Positions 1 through 9,408 of a stretch of 64,000 nt of DNA are shown here, one piece after another. The position numbers were made by a program, and so were the translations under genes. Position 1 is the first letter of the stretch; each line of letters opens with the position of its first letter. The DNA comes from a candidate division WOR-3 bacterium (lineage in GTDB: Bacteria; Hydrothermota; Tepidihabitantia; Tepidihabitantales; Tepidihabitantaceae), in assembly GCA_965649295.1 (NCBI GenBank), contig CBFGKH010000002.1:96001-160000 (forward strand), read 5' to 3'. The notes under the pieces are model-generated. The model searched no databases and was not told the origin of the DNA. It worked only from the letters and a program-made list of their open reading frames with translations.

Positions 1-730
1 GGGTGATGGTCCAGCCTACGGCCTTTGAGTCGACCAGCACCGTAAGCTCGCTCAGATAGCGGCTGGTCTCAAACAGGTCCTCGGCGCTGCGGCGGCTGCG
101 GCGGCGCGGAATCAGTCGCCAGCCGATTAGGGCAAGATAGAGAATGCCGGCCAGGGCCACGCCGCCACCGACCGGTAGGAAAGCGAACATGCCGAAACCG
201 GAGCCAATCCGTTCAGCCCGGAATGTCGAGATGATAATGTTGGCTGGTGTGCCAATCAGTGTCAGCAGGCCACCGAGTAGTGAGCCAAACGCCAGCGGCA
301 TCAAGAGCTGGGATGCAGGCTGGTTACGGTCGCGGGCCAGCTTCATCGCTGCTGGCATCAGCAGGGCGAGAGCGCCGACGTTATTCATGAAAGCGGAGAG
401 AATGGCAATTGCAGTAGTCAGGGCACCGACCTGCAGGGTTACGCTGCGGCCAATCCTGGCCAACTGTCGTGTCAGCAAGGAGACAACGCCGGCAAGTTGC
501 AGCCCACGGCTGAGGACAAGGACAGCAGCGACCGTTATCACTGCCGGGTGACCGAACCCGAGAAACGCCTTGTTAGCCGGAACTGCGCCGGCGAGTACGG
601 CGGCGAGCAGGGCCAGCAGGGCAACGACGTCGTAGCGCAGCCGGTTCCAGATGAAAGCGGCGAGGGTCAGCCCTAGTATCGCCAGGACGACAATCGCCCG
701 GCCGACACCAAGCAGAGAGTCAGCAGCCAA
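1..730 (-). CDS. SLC13/TrkA-C family permease, runs off the left window edge
   Basis: Manual minus-strand translation gives MAADSLLGVGRAIVVLAILGLTLAAFIWNRLRYDVVALL...LLMPLAFGSLLGGLLTLIGTPANII, a typical SLC13 motif. TTG start lies just after the upstream stop. Not in the ORF track because it is partial. Confidence 0.85.
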   Translation of the reverse strand, partial: MAADSLLGVGRAIVVLAILGLTLAAFIWNRLRYDVVALLALLAAVLAGAVPANKAFLGFGHPAVITVAAVLVLSRGLQLAGVVSLLTRQLARIGRSVTLQVGALTTAIAILSAFMNNVGALALLMPAAMKLARDRNQPASQLLMPLAFGSLLGGLLTLIGTPANIIISTFRAERIGSGFGMFAFLPVGGGVALAGILYLALIGWRLIPRRRSRRSAEDLFETSRYLSELTVLVDSKAVGWTIT

Positions 731-733
731 CCG

Positions 734-3442
734 TTAGCGCCGCACGATTTTGGTTACGCCTGATCCGTGCCGAACAAGGTACACACCAGCAGCAAGGCCG
801 GAGATGTCGTTGGGGCCAGGGCGAAGGTCGAGCACCTTGCGGCCGGTGGCGTCGAGCAGGGCGATTGGCGATTGCCAGTTGCAAGGTGCAAAGGGCAAGT
901 TGAGGATGTTGCCGACGATGGTTGGACCGGCAAGAGAGCTGGTGGTGAGTGCTGAACCCTCTTCGATGCCGATGGCTTCGCCAAGGTCGGTGAGGATGCG
1001 GATTGCTGCCTGCCGGGCAGCACCGTCGTTCATATAGTAGAGCGGGAACCCAAGCAGCACGACGCGGCCCGGCTGACCAAGCCAGCGGATTCCGACCGGC
1101 TTATCCTGGAATGTGTCGCCGGCCGCGGAGTTGAAGGTGTAGATCGGTTCGGCGTCGCGCGGATAGGTAATCTCGACACCGGGCAGCCGGCCATGCTGGC
1201 TTGGAAACATCTTGGCTGAATCAGTGGCGAGGTCAGGGTAACCACTAGCGCCAGTCGCGCCGATGAAGCTGGCGGCTGCACAGAGACCGGCCTGGCCGAG
1301 GTGCAACCAGTCGTAGCCAAAGCTGCCAGGAGCGAACGTGACCGGGAAAGTTGGGTTGGGCGGCAGTATGCCGGTCAGCGGCTTCCAGCCAGAATACCAG
1401 AGTCGCCCGCCCTGGCTTAGGTAGTTGGCAAGGCCGTTGAGCGCCGGTCGAATCTGCTGCTGGGTGTAGTCATCGGCTATCCAGACAACGGTTGAATAGG
1501 GGCCGATATCGCCGGCCAGCGGCACAGCGCCGCGCTCGAGGCAGTCCCAGTCGGTATAGGTTGTGCCACGAAGGCAGTGGTGATAGAAAGCGTCCTGCTG
1601 GGCATCAGACGGGCTGCCGGGGTTGCCGCTGCCGTCGCGGGTCTCGTCAACGAGCAGGATGCCGTGGTCAAGGGTGATTGGTTTGGCGCGACCGTGGGCT
1701 GAGCTGTCGCTTTCAAGCCCCTGAGTATCAACGGCAGTGGCGTAGTAGTAGTACATCGTGTCAGCGAACAGTCCAGAATCGGTGTAGGTAGTGTCGGCCA
1801 GCAGGCCGGAATTGATGCGGATGAAACCGGTGCTGGCCTGGGTTGAGCGGTAGAGGTTGTAGCCGTCAATGTCAAGTTCCTGATTGGCCTGCCAGGTCAG
1901 CCGGTTGCCCCAGCGAATCGGCAGGACCGCAAAACCGGCTGGCGCGAGCGGTGTGGTGCCGGGTACAGCGGAGCGTTCGGGTGTTGGGAATCCTTCGCGG
2001 CCTGAAGAGTCAATGGCAACGCCGATTGCGTAGTAGCGGGTGCCGTTCACCAGCCCGGTTATGTCGTAGCTCGTGGTGTTGGGCAGAATAATCGAGTCGG
2101 TGTAGGTCTGAGATGTGGTGCCCCAAAGGAGCTTGTAGCCAACAACGTCAGCGGACGGACTTGGCCGCCAGCGAGCCGCGAGGCTGCCGCCAGTGCCATT
2201 GTCGCGCAGTTCGAAGCCGACCGGCGCTGCCGGAGCACTGCCGAGCGAGGCAGCAGTGGCAACAGCCATCCGGCAGACTTCGGCGGCGAGGTTGAAGTCG
2301 AGGTTGCCGATGGTGTCGGCAGTGGTGTGGTACCAGGGATAGAAGCTGCCATATTCGGCTCCGGCAGTTGCCGGATAGCCGAAATACATGAAAGCAATCT
2401 GATCACTGCCATACGAGCGCTGGTCAACCGAGCAGTCGAGGCCGGTGTAGGTTGCGGCCATGCGGGCCTCAAACTCGGCCAGCGGTTGGGACAGGGTGTC
2501 GCAATGGATACTGACCCCGAACTGGCCGCCCGGCCAGGCAATCATGTCGAAGTTGAGCGCGCCGACAACCGGCCGGCGCTGCAGGGCGAGCTTGCGGACA
2601 AAGTTGAAGCTGCCCCAGAGTCCTTGTTCTTCGCCGGAGAAGCCGATGAACATCACTGATGTCTCGAATCTCTCGCCCGCCAGGACTCGGGCGGCTTCGA
2701 TTGCCATAGCTGCACCAGAGGCGTTGTCTTCGGCGCCCGGGGCATAGGTGGTTGGGGTCTCGGACGTGCAGTCGAGGTGGCCGCAGACGATGACAAGCTG
2801 GTCTGGGTTCGTGGTACCGCGAATCATTCCGACCGCGTTGTAGAGGGTTTCACCCTGGGCAACATAGGGGTCGAGCGCAACTGAGTCAAGGCCAAGTCGG
2901 GTGAAGTAGTCGCAGATGTAGCGTTCGGCACTGCGGCAGGAGTCGGTGAAGGTGTAGCGGGTGCGGAAGTCAACCAGCCGTTGGATGTGGCTTCGCACCG
3001 AGTCAGGGCTGACCCGGCTCACCAGCCGGCCGATTAGGGTGTCCGGCCGCAAGGCCCGCGGATAAACCGGGGGTTCGGCAGCGGGCAGCGGAATCGGTTC
3101 GTCGGGGAGCTGGAACAGCTCGGCACCGGCAAGGCTGACCGCCTGGCGCTGGGCCGCATCAAGCTGCATCAGCAGGACGCGGCCATCCTGAAGAAGTATT
3201 GGGCCGATTTGGGCAATCGTTGGTTCGATTCCGGGTCGGTGGAGATAGACAATGTAGGTCGGCCGGTCCGGATTGAGCGCTAGCAATCGGCCAGTTGGGG
3301 CGTCTTCGAGGAGCAGGTAGCGGCCAACGCGACCAAAGTAGCGAACCGGTGATTGCGGAGCCGCATCGGCAATGACCAACTTCGTTGGCCGGGCAGCCAC
3401 TAAGGCCACGGCCGCAAGCACCATAAGCAGAATACGTTTCAA
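734..3442 (-). CDS. Secreted M28 family zinc peptidase with FN3 domains and T9SS-like C-terminal domain
   Basis: M28 motifs GHLD, GAEDNASG, SGEEQGL, NFDMI and YHT; FN3-like LAARW..GYKLLWG and GYNLYRS; CTD LLDATGRKVLDLRPGPND. Start moved to TTG 3442 (GGAGG SD, signal peptide MKRILLMVLAA). Confidence 0.9.
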   Translation of the reverse strand: MKRILLMVLAAVALVAARPTKLVIADAAPQSPVRYFGRVGRYLLLEDAPTGRLLALNPDRPTYIVYLHRPGIEPTIAQIGPILLQDGRVLLMQLDAAQRQAVSLAGAELFQLPDEPIPLPAAEPPVYPRALRPDTLIGRLVSRVSPDSVRSHIQRLVDFRTRYTFTDSCRSAERYICDYFTRLGLDSVALDPYVAQGETLYNAVGMIRGTTNPDQLVIVCGHLDCTSETPTTYAPGAEDNASGAAMAIEAARVLAGERFETSVMFIGFSGEEQGLWGSFNFVRKLALQRRPVVGALNFDMIAWPGGQFGVSIHCDTLSQPLAEFEARMAATYTGLDCSVDQRSYGSDQIAFMYFGYPATAGAEYGSFYPWYHTTADTIGNLDFNLAAEVCRMAVATAASLGSAPAAPVGFELRDNGTGGSLAARWRPSPSADVVGYKLLWGTTSQTYTDSIILPNTTSYDITGLVNGTRYYAIGVAIDSSGREGFPTPERSAVPGTTPLAPAGFAVLPIRWGNRLTWQANQELDIDGYNLYRSTQASTGFIRINSGLLADTTYTDSGLFADTMYYYYATAVDTQGLESDSSAHGRAKPITLDHGILLVDETRDGSGNPGSPSDAQQDAFYHHCLRGTTYTDWDCLERGAVPLAGDIGPYSTVVWIADDYTQQQIRPALNGLANYLSQGGRLWYSGWKPLTGILPPNPTFPVTFAPGSFGYDWLHLGQAGLCAAASFIGATGASGYPDLATDSAKMFPSQHGRLPGVEITYPRDAEPIYTFNSAAGDTFQDKPVGIRWLGQPGRVVLLGFPLYYMNDGAARQAAIRILTDLGEAIGIEEGSALTTSSLAGPTIVGNILNLPFAPCNWQSPIALLDATGRKVLDLRPGPNDISGLAAGVYLVRHGSGVTKIVRR

Positions 3443-3457
3443 GTTCTCTTCCTCCAA

Positions 3458-4654
3458 TCAGCGGACAAGCAATAGCGAGCGGATGGCAGCAGTTTCGGGC
3501 AAGGCGAGGCGCAGAAAGTAGCTGCCACTGGGCAGGCTGGTCTCTGGCTGCCAGACGACTGTCCGGATGCCGCTCGGCTCGAACCGGCTGACCAGCCGCG
3601 AGACGAGCCGACCCTGGGCATCGTGGACAGTGAGACGAACCGGTCCTGGCTGACAGACCGAGTAGCGGATGAACACCCGGTCGCGCACCGGCGCGGGCGA
3701 GAGGGTGATTCTTGATTCGAGAAGGCCGCTGGCCGATTCATAGCAGCCGACTGGCGGCAGCAAGACCTCGACCGAATCGAAGACCGGGCTGCGGAGCACC
3801 GAGTCGCCATAGGTGAAGTTGTAGTTCCAGTCGCTTGAGTCGCCGTGCAGGTAGCGTTCGAGGAAGGCGGTCAGATGGCGACGGATAATCCGCTGCTGTT
3901 CGGCCCGGGTTATCGTGGCGGTGCCACCGTTCTCCCAGAAGTAAGAGTAGTCCATCACGTAGCCGTGATTGGCGCCGGTGATTACCGCAAAAGTGCCGGG
4001 CGGGTTGCCGCCCTGCCAGAACGCGGTTCGGACATCGTTCCATGGCGCGATATTGTCCACGCTGCCGGCCAAAACGAGCCGCGGCTGGAGAATGTGAGCC
4101 GGGTGGGTTGGCGGCGTTGTCTGAGGCGAGTGGATGGCCACGACAACGCGCAGGGTCTCGCGTAGGCCGAAGGTGTCGGCCGCGAGCATGGCCAGGCCGC
4201 CGCCCATCGAGTGGCCGGCAAATCCCCAGTTCCAGCGGTCGAGCCGGCGATAGAACCGGTCACCAGGAACTGTGTCAAGGCCGGCGGTGAAGCGGGCAGC
4301 GTCAATCATCAGCCGGGCTCGGGCATAGTGGTCAGGGACAATCAGCGGGTTGGAGATGGTCGGCAGCACGACAACATAGCCCCAGGACGCCAGGTGCCGG
4401 GCATAGCTGTAGTAGCGGTCAATGCCCATCTGCCAGCCGTGGCCGAACACGACAATCGGCGCGGGCACAGCTCGGCCCGGGAAGGTGCCGGCTGAGTCTG
4501 GAAAGTAGATGCGCGAGTTTTCCATCGTTTCGGTTGTGCCGGGAATGTCCTCGACCCGGAACGTGTCGGCATACGGGCCACGGGCAGCAAAATCAGGCTG
4601 CTGGGCAACAAGGACTGCTGCCAGCAGCAACAACGTCAATAGCAGGTGACGCAC
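3458..4654 (-). CDS. Secreted alpha/beta hydrolase (chlorophyllase/cutinase-like) with T9SS-like CTD
   Basis: Signal peptide, FGHG, HLASWGYVV, nucleophile elbow GHSMGG, GANH, and C-terminal HDAQGRLV...LPSGSYF. Confidence 0.85.
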   Translation of the reverse strand: MRHLLLTLLLLAAVLVAQQPDFAARGPYADTFRVEDIPGTTETMENSRIYFPDSAGTFPGRAVPAPIVVFGHGWQMGIDRYYSYARHLASWGYVVVLPTISNPLIVPDHYARARLMIDAARFTAGLDTVPGDRFYRRLDRWNWGFAGHSMGGGLAMLAADTFGLRETLRVVVAIHSPQTTPPTHPAHILQPRLVLAGSVDNIAPWNDVRTAFWQGGNPPGTFAVITGANHGYVMDYSYFWENGGTATITRAEQQRIIRRHLTAFLERYLHGDSSDWNYNFTYGDSVLRSPVFDSVEVLLPPVGCYESASGLLESRITLSPAPVRDRVFIRYSVCQPGPVRLTVHDAQGRLVSRLVSRFEPSGIRTVVWQPETSLPSGSYFLRLALPETAAIRSLLLVR

Positions 4655-4667
4655 AGCGCCTCCTTGG

Positions 4668-5405
4668 TTAGTAACGGTGCAGACCCCATTTGAGCAGGTT
4701 GATGCCGATGAATGTAAAGAGCATGGCCAAAAAGACGAGGACGTGCCAAGTAGCGGCCAGCTTGCGGCCCGGCCGAATGTGCACGAAGCCGAGCATCAAT
4801 GCCCAGGTGAAGAGGGCCCAGGACTCTTTTGGGTCCCAGGACCAGTAGCGGCCCCAGGATGAATCAGCCCAGGCCGCACCGGTGATGATGCCAGCGCCAA
4901 GCAGTAGCAGGCCGGCCAGGGCCAGCTTCAGTGGTACGGCAGGGTTGAAGTCGAGGCGGCGGTCAAAGAGATGGACGATGCTCCAGCCCAGGCCAGCAGC
5001 AAAGCAGCCATACCCGGCAAAGGCGGCAAGAATGTGCACCGAGAACCAGGGGCTGGCCAGAATCGGGTTCAGTTCAGTGCCCGGGTGAAACCCGACCGGC
5101 AGTAGGGCGGCGGCGAGGATGATGATGCCGAGGATGTCGGTGCCGAACTTCGGCCAGCGCTGACCGGTTATGAGATAGATAAGAAAACCGGTGCCGAAGA
5201 TGGCAAGCGAGAACAGGGCCATCGCCTCAAATCGTGAGGCAAAAGGCAGCACACCGGTCGCCAGGGTGCGCAGCACGGTGAAGAGCACCTGGAGAGCGAT
5301 GCCAAGGCCGGATAGCACAATTGTCGGGCCGCGGCGACTGGCCAGAATCGCGGCGGCGATGTGGGCAGCCAGCGCCAAATAGAGGAGAACGGGGCTACTG
5401 TTCAT
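4668..5405 (-). CDS. ccsA: Cytochrome c biogenesis protein CcsA/ResC (system II)
   Basis: WWD motif GAAWADSSWGRYWSWDPKE, conserved His in WFSVH and C-terminal GLHRY, multiple TM helices. Confidence 0.92.
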   Translation of the reverse strand: MNSSPVLLYLALAAHIAAAILASRRGPTIVLSGLGIALQVLFTVLRTLATGVLPFASRFEAMALFSLAIFGTGFLIYLITGQRWPKFGTDILGIIILAAALLPVGFHPGTELNPILASPWFSVHILAAFAGYGCFAAGLGWSIVHLFDRRLDFNPAVPLKLALAGLLLLGAGIITGAAWADSSWGRYWSWDPKESWALFTWALMLGFVHIRPGRKLAATWHVLVFLAMLFTFIGINLLKWGLHRY

Positions 5406-6259
5406 TGCTGGGGACGGCGAAACAACTGGAACAAAAGACCAAGCAGGACAAGCCCGGCACCGGCAAAGATTGGTGGCCGATAGCGAGTGTCGTTGACCAC
5501 GAGAATCGCGCCGGGGTTGGCTGCGAACCTTGCTGACCGGAGCACCAGTCGGGTGCTGCCAACTGTGGCGGTGTCACCGATACCAAGCCAGAATCGCTCT
5601 CGACCATGGGCAAGACCGATCTTTTGCTCCTCCTGGTCATAGCCGAAGCTGTAGAGCGGCGGCCCTTGCGGAATCTCGACCTGCTGATTGTGGAGCAGCA
5701 GATACTCGGTTGAGTCAACCACCAGCTCGTATTCGGCTAAGAAACCGGGTTCGGTCAACTGGCCGAGCAGGATGCGGCGGCCAGCCGTAACCAGCGGCTG
5801 GTTGTAGGTGACACGATGGGTTCGGTCGTCAACCGCCAGCCGCACGACCGGCGCTGGTCGGAAGCCGCGCTGTTGCTGCTGCTCGATGCCCTGCAACTGG
5901 ACCGGCACCGGCAGTTCGGCAATCTGCCGCAGGTCATCGCGCAAAAAGAAGCCGGGCGAAGCAGCCCCCAGCTCAAGAAAGAGATAGCCGCTCTTACTCT
6001 GCTGGCCAGAAATCAGGACACCGGCCAGCAGCACCACCGGCCCAAAGTGCAGCAGGACCAGGCCCGGGTTGCGACGCAGTAGTGCCCGGACTGCCATTAT
6101 CAGCGCTAGGACGCCTGTCAAGATTGCTCCGGCGAGAAAGGCCGGCGAACCGGTCACTGCCGAAACCGATTCCGGTCCGAATAGTGAGGCGACCGCTGCC
6201 ACTCCGGAAAGTAACGCGGGCAGCAGGCCAACTATCGCTATTGCCTTGGAACTGGTCAC
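5402..6259 (-). CDS. Cytochrome c biogenesis ResB/CcsB-like membrane protein (short)
   Basis: Overlaps the ccsA start; N-terminal TMs with GLVLLHFG, a periplasmic beta region and a C-terminal TM. GTG 6259 lies 8 nt after a TTGCAC-N16-TACAAT promoter. Confidence 0.7.
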   Translation of the reverse strand: MTSSKAIAIVGLLPALLSGVAAVASLFGPESVSAVTGSPAFLAGAILTGVLALIMAVRALLRRNPGLVLLHFGPVVLLAGVLISGQQSKSGYLFLELGAASPGFFLRDDLRQIAELPVPVQLQGIEQQQQRGFRPAPVVRLAVDDRTHRVTYNQPLVTAGRRILLGQLTEPGFLAEYELVVDSTEYLLLHNQQVEIPQGPPLYSFGYDQEEQKIGLAHGRERFWLGIGDTATVGSTRLVLRSARFAANPGAILVVNDTRYRPPIFAGAGLVLLGLLFQLFRRPQQ

Positions 6260-6325
6260 GTCAACTGATTGTAGGCCATCTCCGGGTAAGTGCAAATCGT
6301 GGGCCGGCAGCGAGACTGTTCGGGT

Positions 6326-6349
6326 GATGCCGACAAGGGCGTCGGCATC
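6326..6349 (-). terminator. 9-bp stem hairpin downstream of the 125-aa gene
   Basis: GATGCCGAC-aagggc-GTCGGCATC perfect inverted repeat; no U-tract. Confidence 0.5.
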
Positions 6350-6386
6350 GAGTATCAGGATTAGGCCGGAGCCGGGCTAGTAGGGG

Positions 6387-6764
6387 CTAGGGCGAGGGTG
6401 GAGCGCTGATGTCGAAGACACCGGTGCGGATCTGAGCGAGCACAGCCGGGTCCAGGCCGCGGGCAGCCCACTTGGCGATGAGTATCTCGGCAGCGCGGGC
6501 AAAGGCGTCACCGGAGATGCCCTGCTGCCGCGAGAGGCGAAAGAGCTCGCGGCCAAAGTCGAGATACGGAACATAGAGCACGGTCTGGACACCGTTCTGG
6601 TTGAGTACGGTCTTCACCGCGGTCTCCATCTCGCAGAGCGAGACCACGGCGGCAGCGTAGCGTTCGAGCATCTGTTGCCGCAGTTCGTCGAGTGTCTGCT
6701 TGGTGCGGCCAGTGTCGAACTTCCGGTTCCAGCGCCTGATTCTACTGTTGGCATCAGCGGCCAT
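6387..6764 (-). CDS. Small helical protein resembling the SIRV2-type (Adnaviria/rudivirus) major capsid protein; putative DNA-wrapping protein
   Basis: Strong SD (AAAGGAGG) and ATG. Motifs RxxxWxxKF, VxxVLxQxG-x8-YxxFG, G-SG.A and PxVL are collinear with the rudivirus coat protein sequence as recalled. Confidence 0.75.
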   Translation of the reverse strand: MAADANSRIRRWNRKFDTGRTKQTLDELRQQMLERYAAAVVSLCEMETAVKTVLNQNGVQTVLYVPYLDFGRELFRLSRQQGISGDAFARAAEILIAKWAARGLDPAVLAQIRTGVFDISAPPSP

Positions 6765-6806
6765 TGTTCTCCTCCTTTCTTTTGGGGCTTACTGTCTCTT
6801 CATCTG

Positions 6807-6844
6807 GTTATACGCGCAGGTGAGGAGTCTAGAGCAGAAGGAAT
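6807..6844 (-). promoter_or_regulatory. Conserved 38-bp terminal motif, copy A (AT-N5-CyGCTC-N12-CwGyGCsTATAAC)
   Basis: Ungapped alignment with 19483-19520(-) and 50237-50274(+): 17 of 38 positions identical in all three. TATAAC lies about 43 nt upstream of the capsid-like gene ATG. Confidence 0.7.
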
Positions 6845-7164
6845 GATAGCAAGTGATAACTCGTCGGTTCTCCATTGGTTATGCCGATACAGGGCTGGGC
6901 AGGAAGCAGAAGGGCTGGAAGGGGGAGTCACTCCCGGGATGAGATGGGGTACTGGTTGCGGGGCTATTTGACACAGCAGGGTGAGAAGCTGTCGCAAGGC
7001 GACGGCGAAGGCTTGGGCCGGAGGCAGGCGTGGCTTGAGTTGCCGGAACAAGGGCGACACGAGAACCGCAATTAGCGGCGAGGGCTGTGGGCTAGCGAGC
7101 AGCAGGGGCAGTCAGGAATCGAGCGATGGTGGCAGCGCTAGGGCTAGGGCCGGGTGCAGGCTTG
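6829..7164. repeat. Degenerate 12-bp-period intergenic array A with CCCGGG core (6933-6938)
   Basis: In 12-mers from 7021, AG occupies columns 6-7 in 10 of 12 units (12 of 19 from 6937). AGCAGAAG recurs exactly 72 bp apart (6833, 6905). Confidence 0.75.
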
Positions 7165-7166
7165 GC

Positions 7167-9239
7167 CTAATTGCTGGTGAAGCCGGCGCGGCGGCGACGG
7201 CGGGGCCGAATCGCGTCGCCATAGACTTGGCGGATGGTTTCGTCAACGACAGCGTCCATCTGGCGGGATGTTGGGGTCGGGCGGCCAAAGGGGGTGCCGA
7301 AGTTGATACGGGCGAGGAGTCGGTCAGCCAGCGAGGAGCGCTCGCGGCCCAGTTCTTCGAGGACAGCGACGAGCCGGTCAACATCGGCTTCGGTGTTCTC
7401 GATGCTGAAACTCACCCGGACTAGGCCGATGAGCAGCCGCTCCATCAGGCGGGGCCAGACCGCAAGGCCCAAGTGGGCAATCGTGTCCTTGGTGCGGCCG
7501 ATGCCGAGCAGCTTTTTGACATACATGTTGACGCAGAAGCAGCCGTTGCGGACGCCGATGCCGCCGCGCTCGGCGAGCAGCCGGGCAGCCCGGTTGTGAG
7601 GAATGTGCCTGATAGCAAAGCTGAGGATGCCGCCCTTGCAGCCGAACCGACCGCATTCTGGGTCCTGAACACCGTAAAGGCGCAGGGCCGGGTTCTGGCG
7701 CAGCTTTGCTAGGGCATAGGCGGTGAGCCGGGTCTCTTCGGCATTCACCAGGTCCATGCCGATTCTTTCGAGCAGGTCAATTGCTTTGCCCAGGGCAGCG
7801 ATGCCGGCGACATTCTCCTCGCCGGAAGGACAGGCAGCAGCCAGTTGCTCGTTGACAAGTTCGCGGCGAATGATGAGGCCACCGGAGCCGAACGGCGCGT
7901 GCATCTTGTGGGCGGAGAAGGCGAGCAAGTCAATGCCGGTTTCAGCCATTCGAACCGGACGGTGGGCGGCAAGCTGGGCCGCGTCAACAAAGAGGAGGGC
8001 ATGGTAGTGACGACAGACCGCACCAATCGCGGCGAGGTCGTTGAAGGTGCCCATCACGTTGGAGGCACCGCAGACCGCGACGAGCCGGACCCGGGGTGAG
8101 TCGGGGTTTGAGTTCGCGTTGTAGTGGCGCAGCCGGGCTTCGAGGGCGTCAATGTCAATGAAGCCCTCGTCGTCAACCGGCACCCGTTCGAGCTGGACAC
8201 CTTCGAGATGACGCCAGGGCAGCTCGTTGGAGTTGTGCTCGACCATCGTGTTGAGGACAACGGTCGCGCCGGCCGGAGCAGCAGCGGCAATTGCCGCAGT
8301 GGCGACGTTGACGGCTTCGGTGGTGTTGCAGGTGAAGAAGACCGCGTAGTCGGCAGCCGGTGCGCCGAAGAAGCGGTGGCAGCGGTCGCGTACCGCGGCG
8401 ATGACCTCGGGCCAGGCAGATTCGGGCAGGCGCCAGGCCCGACAGAAGGTCTGCCAGACCGGGATGAAAGTCGGTGTGCTCGCGCCATTGTCAAGGTTGG
8501 TGTAGGGCTGTTCGCCTTTGTCAGTGGGCACGGTCAGCTCGCGGCCAACCAGCAGCTCGCGCAGGCGATAAAGCAGCTCAGCCCCCACAAGACCATTGAG
8601 GCCGTCGGCGAAAACCTGGTCGGGCGTTAGGGCGGGGCCGCGGGCGTTGATGAACGTATCCGGGCCGCGCTGCCGGGCAATGAGCAGGGCCCGGGCTAGG
8701 GCAATGACACCGATGATGTTCGGCGTACCGGCTTCGAGCCGGTCAGGCAGGTCAGCCCAAGCGATTGTTTCGGGTGAGACCATCTTGATGGTGCCGCCGC
8801 CGGTCTCGTAGGGCACGCCAGCCGGAACGGCGCGGCGCGGCACTGCCGCGGCGTGGACTCCAAGCGGCAGGCCGAGGTCGGCACTGGTTACTGTCCTTAG
8901 TCGGGTGCCGGGCCGGAGGCTCGCTTCAAGCCGGCGCAGCCGGCGTTCGGTGCAGAAGACAACGATGTAGTCGCCGTCGGCGAGGCCGAGATGGTCGAGG
9001 ATGATGGAGCGGGCCGCTTCGTAGAGTTCGGTGGTGATGAGCGAGTGAAGACCGGTGCCGCGGTGGACATTCGAATAGCGGCCAAGTGCAAGCAGGATTG
9101 ACTGCTCGAGTTCGTCAAACGGCCCGGTCGTAGCGGTCGGATTGGAGTCTGGCACAGGCCATTGTAGCAGAACTGCCGGGCTCTGGCGAGTTCTGCCGGT
9201 TTGGGTTTTCGGCGCCGGGTGGGTAGGCCCGGAGGCCAT
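7167..9239 (-). CDS. Class V PLP aminotransferase / cysteine desulfurase-like protein with a partially duplicated N-terminal domain
   Basis: First module YSNVHRG...GGGT...LEAGTPN; second module NLDNGASTP, EHNSN, VDAAQ, FSAHKMHAPFG (PLP Lys) and GVRNGCFC. Confidence 0.85.
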   Translation of the reverse strand: MASGPTHPAPKTQTGRTRQSPAVLLQWPVPDSNPTATTGPFDELEQSILLALGRYSNVHRGTGLHSLITTELYEAARSIILDHLGLADGDYIVVFCTERRLRRLEASLRPGTRLRTVTSADLGLPLGVHAAAVPRRAVPAGVPYETGGGTIKMVSPETIAWADLPDRLEAGTPNIIGVIALARALLIARQRGPDTFINARGPALTPDQVFADGLNGLVGAELLYRLRELLVGRELTVPTDKGEQPYTNLDNGASTPTFIPVWQTFCRAWRLPESAWPEVIAAVRDRCHRFFGAPAADYAVFFTCNTTEAVNVATAAIAAAAPAGATVVLNTMVEHNSNELPWRHLEGVQLERVPVDDEGFIDIDALEARLRHYNANSNPDSPRVRLVAVCGASNVMGTFNDLAAIGAVCRHYHALLFVDAAQLAAHRPVRMAETGIDLLAFSAHKMHAPFGSGGLIIRRELVNEQLAAACPSGEENVAGIAALGKAIDLLERIGMDLVNAEETRLTAYALAKLRQNPALRLYGVQDPECGRFGCKGGILSFAIRHIPHNRAARLLAERGGIGVRNGCFCVNMYVKKLLGIGRTKDTIAHLGLAVWPRLMERLLIGLVRVSFSIENTEADVDRLVAVLEELGRERSSLADRLLARINFGTPFGRPTPTSRQMDAVVDETIRQVYGDAIRPRRRRRAGFTSN

Positions 9240-9408
9240 TGCTATTGACAGCGACCTGCCGCTGATTACAGAATATGATGTGCCGTGTGGGCTCTGAACA
9301 TCAGTCTTTAATGGTATGATTGCTGTGCAGTCTAGTGAAGACCCGAAAGGTGAGCGTCTAGGTCAATTGCTGTTATCGTCTTTTCAAACGATAGGAAAGG
9401 GGTTCGCA

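Noticed and set aside
6800..7424. ORFs over array A (6800-7060 -, 6875-7075 +, 6981-7424 +)
   Set aside because: No SD or recognisable motifs, they overlap each other or real genes, and none spans the periodic region.
6000..9300. Prophage around the capsid-like gene
   Set aside because: Flanks are ccsB and a PLP enzyme; there are no integrase, replication or other virion genes.
9326..9370. Possible riboswitch (CTAG..ACC-CGAAA-GGT..CTAG) upstream of the HAF gene
   Set aside because: Small hairpin only; I could not match it to a known riboswitch consensus.
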